Of a DNA stretch of 64,000 nt, positions 58,705 to 64,000 are shown piece by piece. The first letter of the stretch is position 1. Every line of letters begins with the position of its first letter. The stretch lies in contig OZ244065.1 in assembly GCA_965215505.1 (NCBI GenBank), positions 3,424,001-3,488,000 on the forward strand, given 5' to 3'. A model generated the notes under the pieces. It searched no databases, had not been told where the DNA came from, and saw nothing but the letters and a program-made list of their open reading frames with translations. This DNA comes from Capsulimonadaceae bacterium (lineage in GTDB: Bacteria; Armatimonadota; Armatimonadia; Armatimonadales; Capsulimonadaceae). Made by a program: the position numbers and the translations under genes.

Positions 58705-61347
58705 ATGCAAGTCCCCCCCCGCACCGTTTTCACGAGAGCCGTTTCTTCCAAGGCCGTTTCTTCCAAGGCCGTTTCTTCCAAGGCCGTTTCTTCCAAGGCC
58801 GTTTCTTCCAAGGCCGTTTCTTCCAAGACCGCCGCCCGTGCCGTCGCGGCCCTCGGCCTGGGCCTGCTCGGCCTCCTCGCGTTCGGGACGCCGGGCCGTG
58901 TCGCCGCCGACCCCGCGCCGGCCCCAATTGCTCCGGCCCCGGCCGCGAGCCAGACGTTCCTGGCCCTGCCCGGCCACCTCCCGCCCGCCGTCCTCCAGGC
59001 CCGGCCCGTCGCCGCCCTGGACTCGAGCCGGCCGCTCGCGCTGGCTCTGACCCTGCCGCTGCGGAACCAGGCCGAACTGGACGACCTGCTGCGCGGCCTG
59101 AACGACCCCGCCGACCCGCGCTTCGGGCAGTTCCTGACGCCCCAGCAGTTCGCCGACCGCTTCAGCCCGACCCAGGCCGACTACGACCGGGCGGTCGCCT
59201 ATGCCCGCTCGGTCGGGCTGAACGTCATCGCGACGCACCCGAACCGGACCGTGATCGATGTCGCCGCGCCCGCCGCTCAGGCCGAGCGCGCCTTCGGCCT
59301 GCACCTGCTGGTCTACCGGTCTCAGGCGGACGGCCGCTTCTTCTACGCGCCCGACGCCGAGCCGCGCGTCCCCGCCGGGCTTGCCACCGTCCTGTCGGGC
59401 GTCGTCGGCCTGGACAACGCCGCCCAGTGGCACCCGCACCTGCGCGTCAAGCCGGCCCCCCTCGTTTCGCCGCTGCTGGACCCCTTCGCCTCGCCCTTGG
59501 AGACCGGGTCCGGGCCGGGCGGCGGCCTGGCCCCGTCGGACATCAAAAAGGCCTATAACCTCACCGGCGTCTCGCTGACCGGGTCGGGCCAGACCCTGGC
59601 CCTGTTCGAGCTGGACGGCTACAAGGCCAGCGACATCACCGCCTACGAGTCGAACTTCGGCCTGCCCTCCGTGCCGCTTCAAAACGTCCTGGTGGACGGC
59701 TACTCCGGCGCTTCGGGCAGCGGCGCGGCGGAAGTGACCCTGGACATCGAGCTGCAAGCCGCGCTGGCACCGAACGCCGCCAAGATCCTCGTGTACGAAG
59801 CGCCCAATTCCAGCGCGGGCGTCGTGGACGCCTACAACAAGATCGCCACCGACAACCTCGCCAAGCAGATCAGCACGTCCTGGGGCGAGGCCGAGGCCTC
59901 GGCGGGGGCCAGCATCCGCAACAGCGAGAGCAGCGCCTTCCAGCAGATGGCCGCCCAGGGCCAGTCCATCTTCGCCGCGGCCGGCGACAGCGGCGCGGAC
60001 GACAACGGCTCCTCCTTGAGCGTGGACGACCCCGCCTCCCAGCCCTACATGACCGGGGTGGGCGGCACCTCCCTGACCACGGCGGGCGCGGGCGGCGCGT
60101 ACTCCTCGGAGAAGACCTGGAACGGCGGGTCGGTCTCGAAAGGCGCGGGCGGCGGCGGCATCAGCACCGTCTGGACCATCCCGTCCTATCAGTCCGGCGT
60201 GGCCGGCTCGGCGGCCTCCAAAGGCTCGACGACCATGCGGAACGTCCCCGACGTCTCGCTGGACGCCGACCCGAACACGGGCTACGCCATCTACTTCAGC
60301 GGCGGCTGGACCATCTACGGCGGCACCTCCTGCGCCGCGCCGCTGTGGGCGGCCTTCACCGCCCTGGTGAACCAGCAGCGCGCGACGGGCGGCCAAGCCA
60401 CATTGGGCTTTGCCAACCCGCCCCTTTACGCCGTCGCGACCGGCGCGAACTACGGCCTGGACTTCCACGACATCGCCGACGGCAGCACCAACCTGTTCTA
60501 CCCCGCCGTGACCGGCTATGACGACGCCACGGGGCTTGGCACCTTCAACGGCGCGAACCTGCTGGCCGACCTCAGCGGCGGGGCCGTGACCCCGACCGCC
60601 CCCGCCGCCCCGACCGGGCTGAAGGCGACGGCGGGCAATGCCCAGGCCGCCCTGACCTGGAACGCCAGCGCAGGCGCGGCCAGCTACAGCCTCTACCGCA
60701 GCACGACCAGTGGCACCGAAACCCTGCTGAAGAGCGGCCTGACCGCGACCAATTACACCGACACGGGCCTGACCAACGGCACGGCTTACTTCTACCAGGT
60801 TTCGGCCGTCAACAGTGTCGGGACCAGCGCGAAGTCCGCCGAGGCGACCGCCACGCCGACCGCCGTCGTGGCTCCGACGCAGCTCCTGGGCAACCCCGGA
60901 TTCGAGAACGGCGCGAACGCCGCGCCCTGGACGACCACGGCGGGCGTCATCGACAACTCGGCCAGCGAGCCATCCCACGGCGGCGCGTGGAAGGCCTGGC
61001 TGGACGGCTACGGCGCGTCCCACACCGACACCCTGGCGCAGACGGTGACGCTGCCCTCGGCCCTGACGACGGCCAGCCTGAGCTTCTACCTGCACATCGA
61101 TACCGCCGAGACCAGCAAGACGGCCGCCAGCGACACGCTCAACGTCCAGATCCGCAATTCGTCGGGCACGGTGCTGAAGACCCTGGCGACCTACTCCAAT
61201 CTGAACGCCGCTTCGGGCTACACCCTGAAGACCTTCGACGTGTCCGCCTACAAGGGCCAGACGATCCAGGTGTACCTGGTCGGGGTGGAAAACTCGTCCC
61301 GCCAGACCTCGTTCGTCGTGGACGACTTCGCGCTGAACGTGCAGTAG
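58705..61347 (+). CDS. S53 (sedolisin/kumamolisin) peptidase with prodomain, FN3 and C-terminal beta-sandwich
   Basis: FLTPQQFADRFSP, EVTLD, SWG, AGDSG, GGTS and GYDDATGLG motifs. Confidence 0.94.
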   Translation: MQVPPRTVFTRAVSSKAVSSKAVSSKAVSSKAVSSKAVSSKTAARAVAALGLGLLGLLAFGTPGRVAADPAPAPIAPAPAASQTFLALPGHLPPAVLQARPVAALDSSRPLALALTLPLRNQAELDDLLRGLNDPADPRFGQFLTPQQFADRFSPTQADYDRAVAYARSVGLNVIATHPNRTVIDVAAPAAQAERAFGLHLLVYRSQADGRFFYAPDAEPRVPAGLATVLSGVVGLDNAAQWHPHLRVKPAPLVSPLLDPFASPLETGSGPGGGLAPSDIKKAYNLTGVSLTGSGQTLALFELDGYKASDITAYESNFGLPSVPLQNVLVDGYSGASGSGAAEVTLDIELQAALAPNAAKILVYEAPNSSAGVVDAYNKIATDNLAKQISTSWGEAEASAGASIRNSESSAFQQMAAQGQSIFAAAGDSGADDNGSSLSVDDPASQPYMTGVGGTSLTTAGAGGAYSSEKTWNGGSVSKGAGGGGISTVWTIPSYQSGVAGSAASKGSTTMRNVPDVSLDADPNTGYAIYFSGGWTIYGGTSCAAPLWAAFTALVNQQRATGGQATLGFANPPLYAVATGANYGLDFHDIADGSTNLFYPAVTGYDDATGLGTFNGANLLADLSGGAVTPTAPAAPTGLKATAGNAQAALTWNASAGAASYSLYRSTTSGTETLLKSGLTATNYTDTGLTNGTAYFYQVSAVNSVGTSAKSAEATATPTAVVAPTQLLGNPGFENGANAAPWTTTAGVIDNSASEPSHGGAWKAWLDGYGASHTDTLAQTVTLPSALTTASLSFYLHIDTAETSKTAASDTLNVQIRNSSGTVLKTLATYSNLNAASGYTLKTFDVSAYKGQTIQVYLVGVENSSRQTSFVVDDFALNVQ
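58738..58827 (+). repeat. In-frame tandem repeat GCCGTTTCTTCCAAG x6 (AVSSK)
   Basis: Six perfect 15-bp units. Confidence 0.95.
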
Positions 61348-61375
61348 AAGGCAGGCGGAGCAGGCGGAGATGGAG

Positions 61376-61517
61376 CGAGTGATTGAAATCACTCGCTCCG
61401 GTCGGACCTGTCCAGGGGACAGAAGAGCGCCCCGCTCCTTGCCTTTCCGGCTTGTCCCCTTCCTTCCGGCTTGTCCCCTGGACAAATCCCAAGTCAGCGA
61501 GTGATTTCAATCACTCG
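61376..61517. repeat. REPIN-like family A copy 6
   Basis: Four palindromes; internal duplication TTCCGGCTTGTCCCCT. Confidence 0.92.
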
Positions 61518-61686
61518 TCCTTGTCTCGGCCTTCTCGTCCCATCTTGATTTGTCGTATCTCGACGGCCCCGGCCCGGAAGAGGATCATCCTCTGCCGGGC
61601 CTTTTCCGCCATCTGTAACCTTCCATATACCCCCCACTTTTAGCCGTCCGCCTATTTTGGTACAATAAAGGCCAGAGGAAGCAGAC

Positions 61687-63984
61687 ATGCCAGACGACCA
61701 GAACAGCCGCCCCGTATCGGGGCAGAATGGAGAAGCCGATCCGCTCCCGGACCTGCCGGGCATCAGCCTGACCCTGCCGCCGCTCAGCCGAGGCCCGGCC
61801 GGGTCCGTCTACAAAGGTTGGGACAACGTCCACCACTGTGCCGTCGTCGTCAAGACGCAGCGCGGGGCGGGCGACACCGTCGCCGCTGACCGCTTCCGGC
61901 GCGAGGCCGCCGTCATGGCCCGCCTGCGCCACCCCAACATCGTCGCCCTGTACCGCTTCCGCGACGGCGACCCCTCCGCGCTCATCATGGAGTATGTGCC
62001 GGGCCGCACCCTGGCCGATCTGGTGGCCGCCGACGGCCCGCTGGACGCCGGGAAGGCGGCGGGGATCATCGAAGGCGTCGCCGCCGCCCTGGACCGCATC
62101 CACCTGGAAGGGATCGTCCACCGGGACGTCAAGCCCTCCAACATCCTGCTGCCCCCGCGCGGCCCCGCCAAGCTGACCGACTTCGGCGTCGCCCACACCG
62201 AAGAGGGCGTTCCCCTGACGGTGGTGGGGGATATCTTAGGCACCATCGAGTACGTCAGCCCCGAGCAGGTCCACGGCGAGACCGCGCCCGATGCCCGCAG
62301 CGACGTCTACTCGCTGGCCGCCGTCGCCTACTTCGCACTGGCCGGGACGCCCCCGTTCCCTGCCACCGACAGCAGCACGCAGGCGCAGCTCTCGGTCATG
62401 CACCGGCAGGTGTTCTCGCCCCCGCCGCCCCTCCAGCGGCCGGGCCTGTCCGCTGAGGTGGAGGCGGCCGTGCTGCGCGGGCTTGCCAAGAAGCCGGACG
62501 CCCGGCCGGCCTCGGCAGGCCAGTTCGCCGCCGGTCTGCGCTCGGCAGTGGAGGCGGGCCTGGGTGCGCCCGAGGCGCAGGCCACGGCCGCCGCCTCGCG
62601 CCGGGCAGGGACTCTAGCGGGCGCGGCGGCGGGGACGGCCCTGCTGCTGCTCGGCGGCCTGGCTGCCTGGAAGTCGGAACAGGCGGGGACCGCCCCCGGC
62701 CACGCCCCGCACCCGTCCGGCTCGTCCGCCCATCCGGCCACTTTGGGCACTTCCGGCACTGTCGCCGCCGCACCGCACACGATGACCCCGCCCGTCCGGG
62801 GCAGCAAGCCAGCCCCGAAAGTGGCCGCGAAGGGCACGCCAGCGCCGGTGCGGGTCGCCGTCGCGGACTCGATCCAGGAGCGCCACACCCCGCGCCATCC
62901 CGAGGCCGCCCCGTCCGTCGCCGCCCCCGCACAGGCCACCGCGCGCCCGGCCCGCAAGGCGGCCGTCACCGAGCGGCCCCGGTTCCGGCGGCACCCGGAA
63001 GTCGTGGCCCGTGCTGACGCGCCCGCGCCGGCCCGGACTCCCGCCAAGCCCGCGCCGCGCGCCGCGCAGGTGGTCCCGAAATTGGCCGCGCCCGCGCCGG
63101 CCCTGCTCTCTGTCTATGCCAGCCAGAACAGCACCGCCGTCCCCGCGCGGGCCGTCCTCGTGGACGGGAAACCCGTGCCCGCCCTGACGACGGGCGGCTG
63201 GGCCAGCCTCCCCGCCGGGCGGCACCTGCTCTCCTATGTGCCCCAGCCCGGCAGCGGTTTCAATGCGAACCCCGGCCTGTGGGTGACACTCGCGCCCGGC
63301 GCGCACGTCACGCGGCGTATCCTGCTGCCCGCCGCGCCCCGCCCGCGCGCCCAAGTGGCCGTCGCCGTCCCAGCCCCCCGCCCGGTCATCGTCGCCGCTG
63401 TCCCGCCCACAGCGCCCGCCCCCGCCGCCTGGTACACTGTCTCCGGCTGGGCCGCGGCTGCCGCGCATGACGGCGGCAAGGCGTCCGTCGTCCGCGCGCC
63501 CGCATCGTGGGTGAAGGTGGACGGTCAGCCCGTGCCCGAACTGGCCCAGGGCGGATGGGCGACCCTGACGGCGGGCAAACACACCGTCACCTTCCAGCCC
63601 GCCGTCGGGCTTGGCGTCGGGCCGAAGACCTGGGACATCGAGCTGGCCCCGGCGGGGCACTTGGAGCAGCAGATCCCCCTGCCCGCGGACTCGTCCAGCG
63701 CCGTGGGCTGGTACACCGTCTCCGGCTGGGGGGCCAAGAACCCGTCCGCCGCCCGGCCCGATGCCAAGCCGGACCTGACCCGCGTGTCCGCCCAGTGGGT
63801 GAAAGTAGACGGCCAGTCCGTCCTGGGCCTCGCGCTCGGCCAGTGGGCCACCCTGCCCGCCGGCAAGCACACCGTCACCCTCCAGCCGACGCCCGGCCTC
63901 GGCCTCGCCGCCAAGACCTGGGACATCGACCTGGAAGCGCAGGGCCACTTGGACCAGAAGATCCCGCTGGACGCCGACAAGTAA
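61687..63984 (+). CDS. Ser/Thr protein kinase with TM, Pro/Ala linker and three PEGA-like repeats
   Basis: VVVK, HRDVKPSN, DFG, SPE and SDVYSL motifs. Confidence 0.93.
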   Translation: MPDDQNSRPVSGQNGEADPLPDLPGISLTLPPLSRGPAGSVYKGWDNVHHCAVVVKTQRGAGDTVAADRFRREAAVMARLRHPNIVALYRFRDGDPSALIMEYVPGRTLADLVAADGPLDAGKAAGIIEGVAAALDRIHLEGIVHRDVKPSNILLPPRGPAKLTDFGVAHTEEGVPLTVVGDILGTIEYVSPEQVHGETAPDARSDVYSLAAVAYFALAGTPPFPATDSSTQAQLSVMHRQVFSPPPPLQRPGLSAEVEAAVLRGLAKKPDARPASAGQFAAGLRSAVEAGLGAPEAQATAAASRRAGTLAGAAAGTALLLLGGLAAWKSEQAGTAPGHAPHPSGSSAHPATLGTSGTVAAAPHTMTPPVRGSKPAPKVAAKGTPAPVRVAVADSIQERHTPRHPEAAPSVAAPAQATARPARKAAVTERPRFRRHPEVVARADAPAPARTPAKPAPRAAQVVPKLAAPAPALLSVYASQNSTAVPARAVLVDGKPVPALTTGGWASLPAGRHLLSYVPQPGSGFNANPGLWVTLAPGAHVTRRILLPAAPRPRAQVAVAVPAPRPVIVAAVPPTAPAPAAWYTVSGWAAAAAHDGGKASVVRAPASWVKVDGQPVPELAQGGWATLTAGKHTVTFQPAVGLGVGPKTWDIELAPAGHLEQQIPLPADSSSAVGWYTVSGWGAKNPSAARPDAKPDLTRVSAQWVKVDGQSVLGLALGQWATLPAGKHTVTLQPTPGLGLAAKTWDIDLEAQGHLDQKIPLDADK

Positions 63985-64000
63985 GACAAACGGCAGCTCA

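Noticed and set aside
58465-61485. 1006-aa minus-strand ORF, and similar long ORFs at 39038-41041(+), 44808-47156(+) and 31328-33031(-)
   Set aside because: Antisense shadows of well-supported genes, caused by high GC3; no motifs.

Overview
High-GC chromosomal window from a diderm bacterium. It is most likely Armatimonadota, an inference from the PEAS-type PEP-CTERM tails, a GloVer-like repeat protein, a TonB receptor and Terrabacteria-like glyA-wecA-wecB order. It holds about 50 CDS: housekeeping genes (glyA, wecB, uppP, an intein-containing pcrA), oxidoreductases and GNATs, a toxin-antitoxin/macro-domain cluster behind pcrA, a duplicated beta-helix plus PEP-CTERM cassette, GH92, an S53 peptidase and a Ser/Thr kinase. 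There are two tRNAs, Gln-CTG and Ser-GCT. Four signals stand out. (1) A dense set of REP/REPIN-like elements, including six copies of a four-hairpin nested palindrome, with short tandem repeats growing out of the element ends. (2) A metal-uptake locus combining a CxxC/RAPP leader ORF, a predicted antisense sRNA, a TonB receptor, a secreted protein with His every seventh residue, HupE/UreJ and a divergent ZIP transporter. (3) An HTH-HNH endonuclease gene wedged between a perfect sigma70 promoter and tRNA-Gln. (4) A CTAG-ended MITE fused into a sorting-signal gene. No CRISPR array, cas gene, integrase or transposase was found. Family assignments come from motif recognition only; no searches were run.
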